From positions 416,640,001-416,704,000 of the forward strand of contig NC_067401.1 of the NCBI RefSeq assembly GCF_016432865.1: DNA of 64,000 bases, in the 5' to 3' direction. Source of the stretch: Antechinus flavipes (Eukaryota). Position numbers and translations under genes: made by a program. The notes below the pieces were generated by a model. That model made no database searches and was not told where the DNA came from. It worked only from the letters and a program-made list of their open reading frames with translations. Shown here one piece after another: positions 50,859 through 63,289 of this stretch; within the stretch, counting starts at the first letter, position 1; every line of letters starts with the position of its first letter.

Positions 50859-51384
50859 GTTAGCATTTGGAGAACTTCTTCTTTAATTTAGAAACCCTTT
50901 TCCTTTTAGACTCTGGGTAGGGCAGCTTTCATGACTCTTGTTAAAAATCTTTGGTAAATGTCTGCTTGTTTGTTGTCCCACTTGAGGTTGCTAAACAGTG
51001 GATTTTTTTTTTTTTAAGCAAAATTATTTCTATGGTTTTATCTGCTATGTAATCTCTTGTGTTTCTAAGGTGTGGGAGATGTCTTGATATTTTTAAGCAC
51101 TTGAGGATTTGAGCAGTTTATATATTTTGCTTTACCCAGAAAGTTATTATGAAATCAACTGGGATTTAGTGTCTCTGTACCTCCCTGTCAGCTGTGATTA
51201 GCCAAGTGTGGTTTCCTGAAGAAAACAGTTGGTAAATGCTTGCTGCTCCTTTCTCATTTACAAGACCTCTGATATCCTGAATATATCTTGTTTGTAGTTT
51301 GTCTCTTTTCTCTACTAGATGATGAGCTACTTGAGAGCATGGGATGTCTCTTTTCTTGGGTGCTTTTGCATAGTGCTTTGTGCA

Positions 51385-51611
51385 AATGTTCGCTTTTTGG
51401 TGCCTGATTCTTCAGGACCAAGTGGATCCTCTACAGGGTTCTCTTGGGAAAAATCCTGGACTGGTTTGTCATTTTCTTCTCCCATAGCAAACAAAAGCAG
51501 AGCAACTTGCTTTATAGGGTCACACAGTTAATAACTCGTCTGAAGCTGGATTTGAATTCAGGGTTTCCCAACTCCAGGCTCAGCACTCCATTCCTGAGCT
51601 ACCTAGTTGCC
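51385..51611 (-). mobile_element. CORE-SINE with RTE-type tail (WALLSI/Mar1-like)
   Basis: ggttctcttgggaaaaatcctggactggtttgtcattttcttctcc...gagctacctagttgcc. Confidence 0.75.
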
Positions 51612-53112
51612 ACTTTGTACATAAAAGGTACTTACAGATGAGGAAAACAGGTATGAATCAGTATTGGTTGATTTCTTCTGGGCCACTTTATTTTCTGCTA
51701 AAATATCTTTTTCTTTTGGAATCTTCTCCTTTAAGGTAACTTGAAAATGGGTTTGGGAATACCCTTACAATTGTGTCACTTATATTCTGTATTCTATATT
51801 CGGCAAGGCCGTTGCTTTGAGAGAGAGGTAGTGATCAAGGTGCTGACAATGGTTTGAGCCCTCTTATACACAGCCTTTTGTCCTTCTGTCAGGATGCCTC
51901 GCTGTTACATTTGGGCTGACTTCCTGTTGGAAGCAGCTGGTCAGCAGTTGCCCAGTGTACAACCCCCGAAAATAACCAAGCAAAATTACATTGAAAGCTT
52001 TTACTTTAGTAATTTAACTTTTTTCAAAGAAAGGATGGGCATGTGCTTTCTAAATTAGTACCAATGTTGGCAATTTTTAAAAATCAACTTTAAAGGTCAG
52101 TTTTTTCTTCATAAATTGGCAAATGAATATGAACAAAACATGTCATTTGTTTTAAATAACTTAAAGATTACATAAGTTATTATGTATCGTAATGTGTCAA
52201 AACACAGTTGGGATACATATACCTCATTTTATTTGCTCTCTTCTTATATACACAGTACTCTTTGCTATGTTTCTGAGACATAGATTACTTAGAACTATTT
52301 TTCATATTTGACATTTTTTTCCCTTGTCAAAATTTTAAACAGATATCTGATTTTCTGTGAAATGACTTATATTTGGGGTAAAAATATGCTTAGTCAGAGG
52401 GTTGTCTTGCATTAACTTTCCTTACCAAATTGAATCAAGCTTTGATTGCATTTTTCCTTTTATTCAACCATTTTCTATATAAACTTTTGCATCCCTTAAG
52501 AACAAAGTCATCAGTTGAACAGCTTAATCTGTTTAATATTATTTGAATTGGGTCCCAAGCTATTACCATTTCATCAATGACCATCACATCTTATATATTC
52601 TTCCAAAACCCAGGTTAAAGCCAAACTACTTAGTTTTCTGTAATTATTTCCCTTAAGGATAGCAATGGCTACCATGTTCTGGCATGCCATTACCTAGCTG
52701 AAACTTATCCTTTTGAATTTTTCTTAGTTTATGGCTCGACTCTTTCTCACTTCCATAATTTCCTTTTGGTTTCCTGCTTATTACCTTAGCTGGGTATTCT
52801 CACATTCATTCCCAAATCTGAATTAAATGACAGCACAAGCTCCACCCAGAATCTCTTGCCTTGTAACTCGGACTTCAGTCAGAAATGCAGCTACAAATCC
52901 CACACTACCATATTGGTTGGACATTTCTCAAGGTCTCAATTCCAGCCATTTTCTGATGGAAAATTTAATATTCTAAATTTTTAAGTCCTTCAAAGTGCTT
53001 TGAACAATCTTCTGCACATAATAGTTATGTAATATGTGTGTGGGGGTGGGTGGAAGAGGGGTGTTAAGGAAGCAGGTGGTGGTAGTCATTCTTCATTGTT
53101 ATTTAATTGTAT

Positions 53113-53330
53113 GGAGAAGCTAAGTGGGGCCCAGTGGATATAACGCTGGGCCTGGAGTCAGAAAGACTCCTCTTCCCAAGTTCAAATCTGGCCTCAGACA
53201 CTGTCACTGAACCCTGTTTACCTCAGTTTCCTCATCTGTCAAATGAGCTGGAGAAGGAAATGGCCAAACACTCTAGAATCTTTACCAAGAAAACTCCACA
53301 GGGAGTCACAGTGGGACACAATTAAATAAC
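53113..53330 (+). mobile_element. Mar1-like CORE-SINE
   Basis: gttcaaatctggcctcagacac...gagctggagaaggaaatggccaaacactc. Confidence 0.88.
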
Positions 53331-53559
53331 AGTGATTGTTAATAGTTGTTTTTCTCTTTTGGGAACTGCTTGTTTCTATCCCCAAGTTTTTGATATTCTC
53401 ACTATTTCCACTTCTGCATTAATGTCACTGTGTATGTTGGCTTGCTTTGGAAACCTTCTAAGCTTTTCCTAATTTTCCCTCGCATCCCGCTTCCCCACTT
53501 GGTTGTTGAGCTCTTGTGTGATTTGGTTCCAGTATCTATTTATCTAGCTTTATTTCCCA

Positions 53560-53890
53560 GCACTCCAGTACCTACCTTGATCCAGACAGGTTGGTCTCTT
53601 CACTAATTATTTGCCACTGTCACCTTCACTACCCTTCCCTATCTGAAATGCCACCTTCTCTTATCTAAATACTATCTTTTTTCCAGGCACAGATGAAGTC
53701 TTACCTCCTTACCTACTCCAGCCCAAACTGGCACATAGGTTTGTCTTTTTTTCCCCTTCTGTTTCATGTGTTAATTTTGCTATTCCTCAAGAGATAATAA
53801 ACTCTTTGAGAGAGATGACTTTGTTATAAATTTCTATTTCCAGCATAAAATCTAAGCACCATACTGGGCACAGAAATGCCAAGAACATAT
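53560..53890 (+). mobile_element. L2 remnant
   Basis: ctgaaatgccaccttctc; gagataataaactctttgagagagatgac. Confidence 0.55.
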
Positions 53891-53914
53891 TTTTAACTTT
53901 TTTGGAACTGATTA

Positions 53915-54230
53915 AAGCATCACAAAATATTACCAGCTTTAAAAGAGACAGACCTTCAGAGATCACCTCATGAGCTCCATGAACTCATTTTAAGAAATAA
54001 TTTGATAACTATTTTAATGTAATACAGTATTTAAATCTAACTGGTTTCCTTTTGTGTTAGGTATTTTAGAAATATTCTGAGAAGGATCCCCAAGATTCTA
54101 TCATAACTTGCAAGGGAGTCTATGACACAAAAAATTGTTAAGAATCCCTGATCTAGTGCAATCTCTCATCATTTTTTAGATGAAGAAATCAAGGCTCAGA
54201 GAAGTTTAAGTGATTTTTCACAAGATCTCA
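53915..54230. mobile_element. MIR3 remnant interrupted by a hAT-Charlie MITE (~53970-54150)
   Basis: The MITE end tattctgagaaggatcc...tatgacacaaaaaattgttaagaatccctg is followed by resumed MIR3 sequence atctagtgcaatctctcatcattttttagatgaagaaa. Confidence 0.6.
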
Positions 54231-56048
54231 TTGTTGGAAAAGGGTAAATTAGTCTAGAAATAGTTTTACAAATAGGTGACCAATATGAAAATGAAGACAA
54301 CACTCTGCACTATCTAAATTTTAAGCAATTTATTTCAGTAGAAAGATTTCTGAAATCTGCACTTAAATTCATTTTAAACTAGCTTATGCAAACACACAGA
54401 TCACACACTCACTCACATATTAAAAAGAAACAAAAATTCCAAAAAGCCAAGATGCACATCACTCAATGAGATCATAGTGCAATTGAGTTCTCTATCATGA
54501 ATGTCCCCTGGAGTAACTGGAATAGAGGAATAAAAATGGCTTGTGTTTACTGCATATTAACACTATTTCATATCTACTTGGATACTGATTCCCACAGATT
54601 TTGATCCTCATTAGATTAAGTTGTATTATTCTCTCCTCCCCACCTTGAAGGTCTTGAAGCAATGAGTTTGTCAATAATCAAGGTCTCAAAAGTCCTAGAA
54701 AACCTGGTAATTTATTAATAGGTATCATTCTAGAACCTCTCTCTTTCATTATGTTGCAACTTACTTGCTTAAAATACTATCATTGGATCATATTTGTGAG
54801 TAGGATTAGTAAGACATATACCATAAAGGGAAACTTAAACACAGGCTACCCAGCACTGAGAGGGCACCTAATAGTCATGTTGCTTTTGGCCTCTTAATTC
54901 AGGAAAAGCATTCCGCCAAAGCCATATCCTAATATTCCATTCTAACAATCCTACCACTATTCCACAGTACAAATAGTTGAACTCAAAATTTAAATTTTTC
55001 TCTTGCTAATAACCCCAAAGGATCTAGTTAACCCTTCATTTCATTTCAAAGGCTCTGAATAGTTGATTATCTCTGTTCTGCATCACAGTAGTCTTTTAAT
55101 AAGGGAACATTTTAGCACAGTGATTTAGTTCAACAGCAGTTATAATTCTTGTAATGAACTGGGAAGTTGTTTTTTTTTTTTTCAGAAAGCTTTTACAAGT
55201 GTTTAGTTTTCATTAGTAAAACTAATTTCATTTATTTCTTCCCTTCATGTTATGCTTCTGAGATGAAAAACTTCCTGAATTCAAATAGTGCTTGAGCTAA
55301 ATTTGATGAAAGATTGTTTTTGAAACTAGTTTTCACTATATGACTTTAAAATTAGAAATACTTAACAAACTTTAAAAGGTATTAAATAAGGGCACTGGGA
55401 AACCTATGCTTATGATGTCTGGCTTTCCTGTTACATTTTCAAGCAAACATAAAGATGACTACATATGACTGGCTAATGACTGACTAAATAAGAAGATGGT
55501 TCCATTTCTGGCTTATGATAGAGATAATCTTGAACTAAGAACTAAGAGCTAGTCCTCTCATCTCAACATTTTAGCATTTATAGAATTATTTCCCCTTAAT
55601 ACTTTTTCTCTGATTACATTTTATCCTTTCTCCAAATTCTTGAGAAAGGCTTTCACTCTATATTGACAGAAGTATTTCTGAACAAGACATCAGATAATTT
55701 TCAAATTTGTTTTAAAAAGGATTTGTTTAATGACAAGGTTTAAGGTACAGGACAGAAGGGCATACAGAGAGGTAGTATGTCTAAAAAGGCTCAAAACCAT
55801 AAGAAGGATTCTGATAATAACTTATAGTCACCTACTTCCACATGTTCTTGGTCTTAAAAAGGTTTAGCTGGTGGTGGAGAGAGGGATAGCACACACTTCT
55901 AAAATAAGAGTCAGCATGTAAAAATGATTATTGTCATACTCTGCCCTAGAATTGGTCTTCAAATTGATAAGGCACTGACCAAATTTTTCTCACATTACAA
56001 CATGAATCTATCCTTTCAACAAGCTCAGTCTTGTATACACACATTTCT

Positions 56049-56054
56049 TTTATT
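56049..56054 (-). terminator. Candidate distal polyadenylation signal
   Basis: Minus strand AATAAAAGAAATGTGTATACAAGACTGAGCTTGTTG. Confidence 0.35.
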
Positions 56055-57276
56055 AGAACCCTTCATGTAGCATCTCATGTAAGACACAAGCCATTTTTGG
56101 GGAAAGGAAAACAAAAGGCGGCAATAATTTTTTAAAGACTGATTTCACATGAGAATAACTTATCAACAATGTGATTTAATACTAGTTCTCACACTCTGAA
56201 ACCTAGAGAAGGCAGTATATAATCACATTGATCATGAAAACAATCTGACATTTTTTCCCCCAAGAAAGAATATAAATCCAAACAAAAGAAAAACTCACAG
56301 TAAAATGCCACTGAAAAAGCTAGATAGACATTGACACGTGCTTTGTCATATCTAGACTTAAAAGAGTCATCTTAATGTTCTACTGGAACATAATCTAATT
56401 CTCCATTTGCAAAAACAGATCCTTATTCATTGGGCCTTTGAAGCCTGAGATTTTATTGGAACAGAAAAGGCCTTCTGATAGGCAACACTTGTAATTGATA
56501 TCTCATTCTCAGAGCAAGATGCTACGCTGCACTAGTAATTTAATTGTACTTCAAAAAATACCTGGGAAACTAACAAGAGAACTAGAGCCTCTTTTTGTCC
56601 AAAGGGGGAAAAAAAAGCAAGTCTTATATTGATTTTTTTGACCCCTTCTTTTGATAGCCTCTATCATTATTGCAACAATAAAGAGTAAAGCACAGAGTTT
56701 TTCTTTAAAGAAAAGCAACTGAAGTATAGTTTGAACAGGAAAAATTTTAAAGACGCTTAAATGGTCAGATAAAACTTGAAGCACAGCAAAGATAGGATTC
56801 AACAGACTACTGATTAAAGGATCCAAAATATAATGGATTTGAACCAGTCTCCTAACATTTCTTATGGCCCTCTAATAAGTCTTTTGGAAGATGATTAAAA
56901 ATCAATATAAATACCATGCTGCTATAATCATCCTTGCTTTCAGTAGATTGAACATGTAGTTATAGCAAATATCAACATAGTTCATACAGTACATAATGCA
57001 GTAATCATGATATTTTCCACAGGAAATAGTTTTGGAAAAATGAAGCACATGCCTAAGAAGAAAAATACTCAAACTTAAAATTGTTTGGATCCCTTTCTAC
57101 AATGTCAACATAACTAATATTTATACAATGGAGAAAAGGAAGGTGTGTTTGACCAGTTCTCTTAAGCCTCACATATGGAGGTTTCTCTAAAAATAATACT
57201 TTGAAGACACAGATTTTAAGATGTGAACGTGGGATAGGAATCAGTAACAAACATGTAAATTTGAAGTAAAATGAAA

Positions 57277-57282
57277 TTTATT
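57277..57282 (-). terminator. Candidate distal polyadenylation signal
   Basis: Minus strand AATAAATTTCATTTTACTTCAAATTTACATGTTTGTT with GU/U-rich sequence downstream. Confidence 0.35.
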
Positions 57283-59126
57283 TTTGTTCCTAAGTTTTTA
57301 GAATTGGGGTTTTATTTCTACACTAAAAATAAACTTCGATGTAGAAAAAGCTGTAAAACATGTGCCTCAAATGAAGTGTTTGCTGATGTCTATTTGGGAC
57401 ATGTAATGTCTACGGTTTATTGCCTAAATTGGTTTAGATTCCCTCTCAAGTAGATTCTTGGTAAGAGCAGGAAGGAAAAAGAGGACACATTTATGATCTT
57501 ATTTGAAACACACAGAAATTGAAGTGACATGACAGCAGACTTAATAAGACAGGGGGAAAAACTTATCTTCAAACAAACCACTTAGGAAACTTGGTAAGAA
57601 CTTTTGTTATTCTAATAAATTCATTTGAATGAACAACAATAAAACAAAAATAGTGAACTTTTGGATTGTTCCTGTAATGCTTTAATTGATATTATTTGGA
57701 ATTGGGATAATTTTGGCATCAATGACAAATTTCTGGAAATGGACCAATTTGAAGTTAAGAGATAAATCAAGAATTGTGACTATATCTGTGAGTCAAGTAG
57801 AATTGTTACAATCAAATCTCAGCAATTCTTCTATGCATAAGTGGATTAAAGAGTTGAAAACATCAAACACACCTTCCAACACAATATGGTTCTGTCTTTG
57901 GCAAAACTACGACGTCAGGCTCTGACTTCCAGTTGCATATTTTTGCTCTAATGTGAGAATAGAATGGTTAGCCTGCAACATTAGCATATATATCTATATA
58001 TATATACAAATATATATAAATATATATATACATCCACAGCAATCTCATCTATACTGTCTCACTCTTTTAAAGTACACACATGGTCAAAAACACTTATTTT
58101 GAAAACAAAATACATTAAGGAACTTTTAAACATGAAAGACAAAATTAAAGATGTGCAAAGTCTACATAGTAATACTGCTGGCTATGCAGATGGTGTCTTT
58201 GCTATGTACCCAACATGGGTCAAACTTGGGGGATGCATGAATTGAAAAATTGCAGGCAACTCCTTTTACCATCTTCCAATTCATGTCACTTTCCAAAATA
58301 AAACATTTTGAAGTCAAAACCATTATCTCCTACAATAAAGAAAAACAGAAGATAATGGACACTAAAATCAAATGTTGTTTCTAACTGCCTTATATCAGAT
58401 ACATACTAAATAATTGCTACATACTTTTCACAAACAAAAAGAAATCCACAGAAGTAAACACTTAAAAATACTTCTGCATCATAACATCCCCTTTCTTACC
58501 ATAATTGATCCTTTTTTTTTTTTTAATTTCTGGGTTTAATATTACTTATTTAAAATTTCACAGGATCAAGGGCTAAATACTTACGGTTTAAAAAAAAAAA
58601 GAGCTAACACCTAAGAAAATGTGTAAAAGGCTAACTTTATAATAGGAATGTAGAGATATAAATCAATTCCTAGAAAATATAATGTGATATGTTAATTTGA
58701 GCTACTTTTCAAATGCAAGAGGGCTTCAAAAGTTTACTTGATGATAATTATGTAGCTGACCAAATATTATCTTTGTTCAAGGCTCATTTTGAAGTTATGA
58801 AATGACAGAATTGCAACTATTTTGTAATCATTATTCTCCTCTCTTTATATTTTTGTAGTTAAATGGAGTGTTGCATAGAAGACAGCACAATTTGGAATTA
58901 AAATATAGATATAAAATTTAACTAATAGGATGTGGTTTCCTGTTAAAGGTCTTTACTAAGTTTCTTTAAAAAAAAAAAGTCTTATTAAAAGGGGTAACTT
59001 GTATAAGAAGAAAAGTTGCTAGATTTTAATCTATGTCTCAAATTCATCCATATATTATATAGTTCCCTTTTGAAATGATTGTTTTACTACATCCATCTTA
59101 AGGTAAAATATTTTATCCATGTTCAA

Positions 59127-59132
59127 TTTATT
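59127..59132 (-). terminator. Proximal polyadenylation signal AATAAA
   Basis: Minus strand ...GTTGC(T)14AATAAATTGAACATGGATAAAA: canonical hexamer after a U-rich upstream element. Confidence 0.6.
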
Positions 59133-60362
59133 AAAAAAAAAAAAAAGCAACGCAAAAAACCCCCAAAAGACCCAAAAATCATGTATATAGAGGGAAAATT
59201 TTAAACCAATGTGCTACTGAGTTTCTTCTTGAATAATAATTAAAATGAATAATTTCAAGAAAATAAACTCTGGCACGTTGTAGTTTAAACACTATAAAAG
59301 GAAAGTTTCTGAATTCAGATCTTATCAAGTATGTAATACCTTACTGACATAAATCACATGTGACTAGAAAATTGGATGAACCTTTCAATTATGTAATAGG
59401 GTTATTATAAAAATCACCTTTTGGTAGGATGTCTGGTTGGAAATTACAATTTTTTTCTATGCCTATCTCTCCCTGTCATTCAATAATGCAAACGCCCATA
59501 CAATTAGACAATGGGACTATATTTTAAGCCCAGTTAGAAGCATCCATGCTTTTCTGGATCTTTCAATAAAAACAACTCCTCCCTCCCCACTCAAGGATCT
59601 GATGTATGACTTCTCAGCCTTTGTGTCTCCTGCAGAAAATAATGTTCCCCATACAGTACTAAGAATTGCAAGTTTAGTGTTTAAAACAACAATAAAAACA
59701 TTGACAACAACAACCCCTCCCCCACCCCCAATCACATTAATACAATTACAATTCTTCCACTCTTGGTCTGAGAGTGAGTGTGGGGCTACAGACGAATGGA
59801 GTACGAGAGAAGCTCTTAAAGTGGATTGCTGGTAAAATCCCTAGAATGTGAAAAGTTCTTCATATCCACAGTTCAAACCCAGCTCCTAATGTAAGCCTTA
59901 AGAAATGTTTTACTTTTTCTTTAAAGAATGTCTAAAAAAATGTGATTTCCCCCCCCCCCCCCCATCCAAAATTAGTAGAAAGTTAAAAGAAATGCAAACT
60001 AGCTACATCTACCCTAAGCACAGCACCGCCAGAAGTCTCACACACACTATTTGGTGTTTCATGTTGTTTTTCCTTTCACTCTTTAAGGCAGTGGTTTCCA
60101 CAGGTCAGTTCAGAGAAAAGAAGCATGGTCCATGGCAGTTCATGTTGCAATTCCAATTTTTCACTTTGGGAATAGCACTCATTGTGAGTCCATTCCCTGA
60201 AATTAGTGCTTTTTTGTTTTGTTCAGTTCTCCAAAGTCTAGAGGCTGAGCTCGCAGGCTCTGTCCTGGCACCGATTTGTACAGCTGGCACCCGTCCATCA
60301 GGTCCTTACTCTACACACGTGAGCCACAATTCATCTGTCTTCTTTTTTAGGTTTTTATCTTT

Positions 60363-60392
60363 TTATTCAAAAGTCATCAAGTTGGTAGGAAC
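60363..60392 (-). CDS. Last codons of the terminal exon of an unidentified gene; frame unresolved (VPTNLMTFE*, x-SYQLDDF* or x-FLPT*)
   Basis: Acceptor ttctatttgttatgtttttcAG at 60394-60393; all three frames stop within 30 nt; intron-like, transposon-containing DNA lies upstream (above 60393). Confidence 0.55.
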   Translation of the reverse strand, partial: VPTNLMTFE

Positions 60393-60804
60393 CTGAAAAA
60401 CATAACAAATAGAATTGTACCAATATCTCATGCCATTCAGAACAAGCCCAATGTCAAGCTTCCTAAATTGATATTATCCAGAAATTGTAAATTAAAAGAA
60501 AATTAATATAGTAGTACTAAAAATGTGTTCAGTTTAGAGCAAACTCTAATAGAATCCTATTCCTGAAAGCTGCATATTGACTTAAAAAAACCCACCAAAA
60601 AATCTATGTTATATAATATTTTTGTTCATTTTGTTAAAACATTTTTCACTTATATTTTAATCTGGCAGCTATATTGCAGTTTTGCTGGCAATAAGTTTGA
60701 CATCTACATTCTGGAGGGTCTTAAAAAACCAATACAGACATAGATCAAATAAAATTTAGCTAAAATCTTTATAGTGCATTAAAATGTGAAAAAGAAATGC
60801 TTTA

Positions 60805-61050
60805 ACTTCACTAGAGGAAGTGCCTACTATGTGCTAAGCACCGTACTAAATTCTGGGAATACAAAAAGAGTGGAAAAAAACAGTCCCTGCCTCAAAGAGC
60901 TGACAATCTATTGAGGAAGACAACATGTAAATTAATATATAGAAAGTGAGCTATATACAGGAGAAAGAGGAAATAATTAAAAGAGGGAAAAGCATTGGAA
61001 TCAAGAGGGTTAAGGAGAGTTTTCTTGTAGAAGGTAGGATTTTAAATTGG
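60805..61050 (-). mobile_element. L2 remnant (intronic)
   Basis: gtgcctactatgtgctaagcaccgtacta...agtccctgcctcaaagagctgacaatctattgaggaagacaac. Confidence 0.8.
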
Positions 61051-61754
61051 GACTGAGAGGAAGTCAGAACAGAACCCATGCTAGTTCTCTGCAATATATT
61101 GTTCTTAAATCAATGTCTGAGGTTTGTTCAGTACCTAATTACATAAGCATGGCAGAAAATGTATTTATTCTTTTATGTATTCTATTTAGACAATGCCTCC
61201 AACAGGGCACAAAACAGGAGGGAAAAAAAAGCCTAAAAGAATTAATGTACTTTCCAAAAATAAGCTGTTTTACTAAGGCAACATTTTATTTATTTAAGAG
61301 ATCATTTACTTAGGAAAACATCCGTGAAACAGGAAATAAGTGGGGGAAAAAAAAAAGACCTATGGTAAAGCCAAACTGATGTTACCAAATCAACGCACTA
61401 AAAATCAGCACAGTTTGAGGTTTGTTCCCACTATGATATTGACCTCAATAGCCCCGAAGTATCTCCATGTTATTTATGACAGAAAACTTCATAATAACTT
61501 TTAGTCATAAAAACAGGCTAATTTTCAGTAAGAAGGCAAAAAAGTATACAGTTTTAGAAATTTGTTTTTTGTTGTTGTTCTGTTTCATTTTCTAAGCAGC
61601 TAAAATAAAATCTTGGAACTTTAATTTAGTGATCTAGAAAATTCACTTTATGTGTCTCATCTTATTTCCCATCTATGTTAGATGATGAAAAAACAAAAAT
61701 AGCAGTTCACATTTGAATGTTTTATGTTTATAAAATGGTTCTGAAAAAAACACT

Positions 61755-61865
61755 ATCATCCTTAATTTGCGAATGAGGAAATTCAGGCTCAGAGAGTTTA
61801 AATTAGTCCTACAGCCAGCAAATGGCTTGGCCAAAGCTGGAACCTAGCTCTCCACACTTAGGCTT
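61755..61865 (-). mobile_element. MIR remnant
   Basis: gaatgaggaaattcaggctcagagag...gctggaacctagctctcc. Confidence 0.55.
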
Positions 61866-62499
61866 TCCCCTATTCCTTAAACATGCTGTCTTTCTGCATC
61901 AGATATTACTCTACCATTTTAGCAGCAGAGTTGGTATTCCAATATAGGCAGCTCAGAACCTATCTGGGTTCCTGTTTCCTTATCATATATATAAAAGGAG
62001 GTTAGATTGGATACTATCTTAATGTTTTAGTTTAAAAAGTGTATTGCTGTGTTTTGAGATATTTATAGTGTCTATGAATTCTATATGAATCCTCTGAAGT
62101 ATATCTCAAAAGAAAAATGTTAGCCAGTTTTTGTCTTCCAGTGATAATGTAGTAAAAAGGTTTCCTCTTATTATCAAGTTTTTAAACATATCCTAGGAAA
62201 AGGATGAGTGGTATTTCATGAAAATTATGGAGCTGGTACAAGGAAAATAGGAAGGAGGAAATGGTATAAATTGAGAGAGACAAAAGGTAAATGGCTTAAT
62301 TTTTAAACTGGCATCAGACAGCTATGAAGAGAGCCAGAGAAAGACTACTCAAGTATGATAGGTTAACTTCTCTCCAGAAAACCAATAGAAAGTCTTGGAC
62401 AAGAGCTGGAAGCGATAAGATGTGGAAGAGACCCAGCTTCAGTAAGCAGGATTTGTGCTACCATGTGTAGGATGTGCTCATTGCTTGCTTCTGCCTTTC

Positions 62500-62720
62500 A
62501 TTCTTTAGCTACTGGCAAGACTTAGTTCATGAACCACTTTCTATGAGAAATCTTTCTGGGAATTCTTAATTACCGAGTCTTTTCCTAAAATCACCTCACA
62601 GTTACTGATCTGTGTAGCCCCTCAGAAGAATACAAACTCTCTTGAGGGCAGAGACTCTTGTTTCTCTCTGAATCTCTAGTGCCTTGTGTAGAATGTGGGC
62701 TAAATAAATGCTAACTGAAT
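62500..62720 (+). mobile_element. L2 3' end
   Basis: caaactctcttgagggcagagactc...ctctagtgccttgtgtagaatgtgggctaaataaatgc. Confidence 0.65.
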
Positions 62721-63084
62721 TTATACCAGTGAAGTAAACACTCTTCCTGAGATATGGTACCATCAATCTAATAGCTAATTCTTTTATTATACAAATCCCT
62801 TTCTAAAAACCATCTTGACACCAAAATTGTAAATCACCTTCTTTGGCTTCTGAATGGAAAATCCTATTAAGATTTGTGAATTCAGAGGCTAATGGCCAAG
62901 TCTTGTCATAGAAAAGCCACAGGCACATGATGGGGAAAAAATATTTTTCCCCTTTATAAAATCTTATAATCATTCAGGTTACTTATGCAAGAGGTCCACA
63001 GTTGAGTTAATTATCAGGGGTTCCTCTCACCATTTCATCTAATAATAGTAATAAAAACTGAAATTTATATAGTGCACTAAAGTT

Positions 63085-63280
63085 TGCAAGGCAGTTAGGT
63101 GGTACAGGGAATACAGAACTGAGCCTCAAGTCAGGAAGACTCATGTCCCTTAGTTCAGATCTATTCTTAGACAGGTACTAGCTGTATGACCCTGGGAAAG
63201 GCACTTAACCTTATTTGCTTCCATTTTCTCATCTGTAAAAAGAGCTGTAGACATGAAGACTGAGATATGATTGAACTGAA
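63085..63280 (+). mobile_element. Mar1-like CORE-SINE
   Basis: ggcagttaggtggtacag...aagtcaggaagactc...tgaccctgggaaaggcacttaacc...ctcatctgtaaaa. Confidence 0.8.
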
Positions 63281-63289
63281 AAAGTTTGC

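Larger units (their letters stand above)
54300..60362 (-). other. Probable long 3' UTR of an unidentified minus-strand gene (distal end uncertain, ~55.2-57.4 kb)
   Basis: About 6 kb with no recognisable transposon, U-rich on the minus strand, several AATAAA hexamers, directly downstream of a splice acceptor and stop codons. Confidence 0.65.

Noticed and set aside
59712-59732. G-run cluster on the minus strand (GGGGGTGGGGGAGGGG) as an RNA G-quadruplex
   Set aside because: Only three G tracts, so no canonical three-tier quadruplex; such runs are common.
60362-60367. AATAAA overlapping the stop codon region as a poly(A) signal
   Set aside because: Followed by A-rich, not GU/U-rich, sequence, and it would leave an implausibly short terminal exon ahead of a long transposon-free UTR.
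59437-60396. + strand ORFs of 132 and 163 aa
   Set aside because: Antisense to the inferred terminal exon and UTR, low-complexity runs (poly-P, poly-T), non-ATG or poor starts, no recognisable protein.
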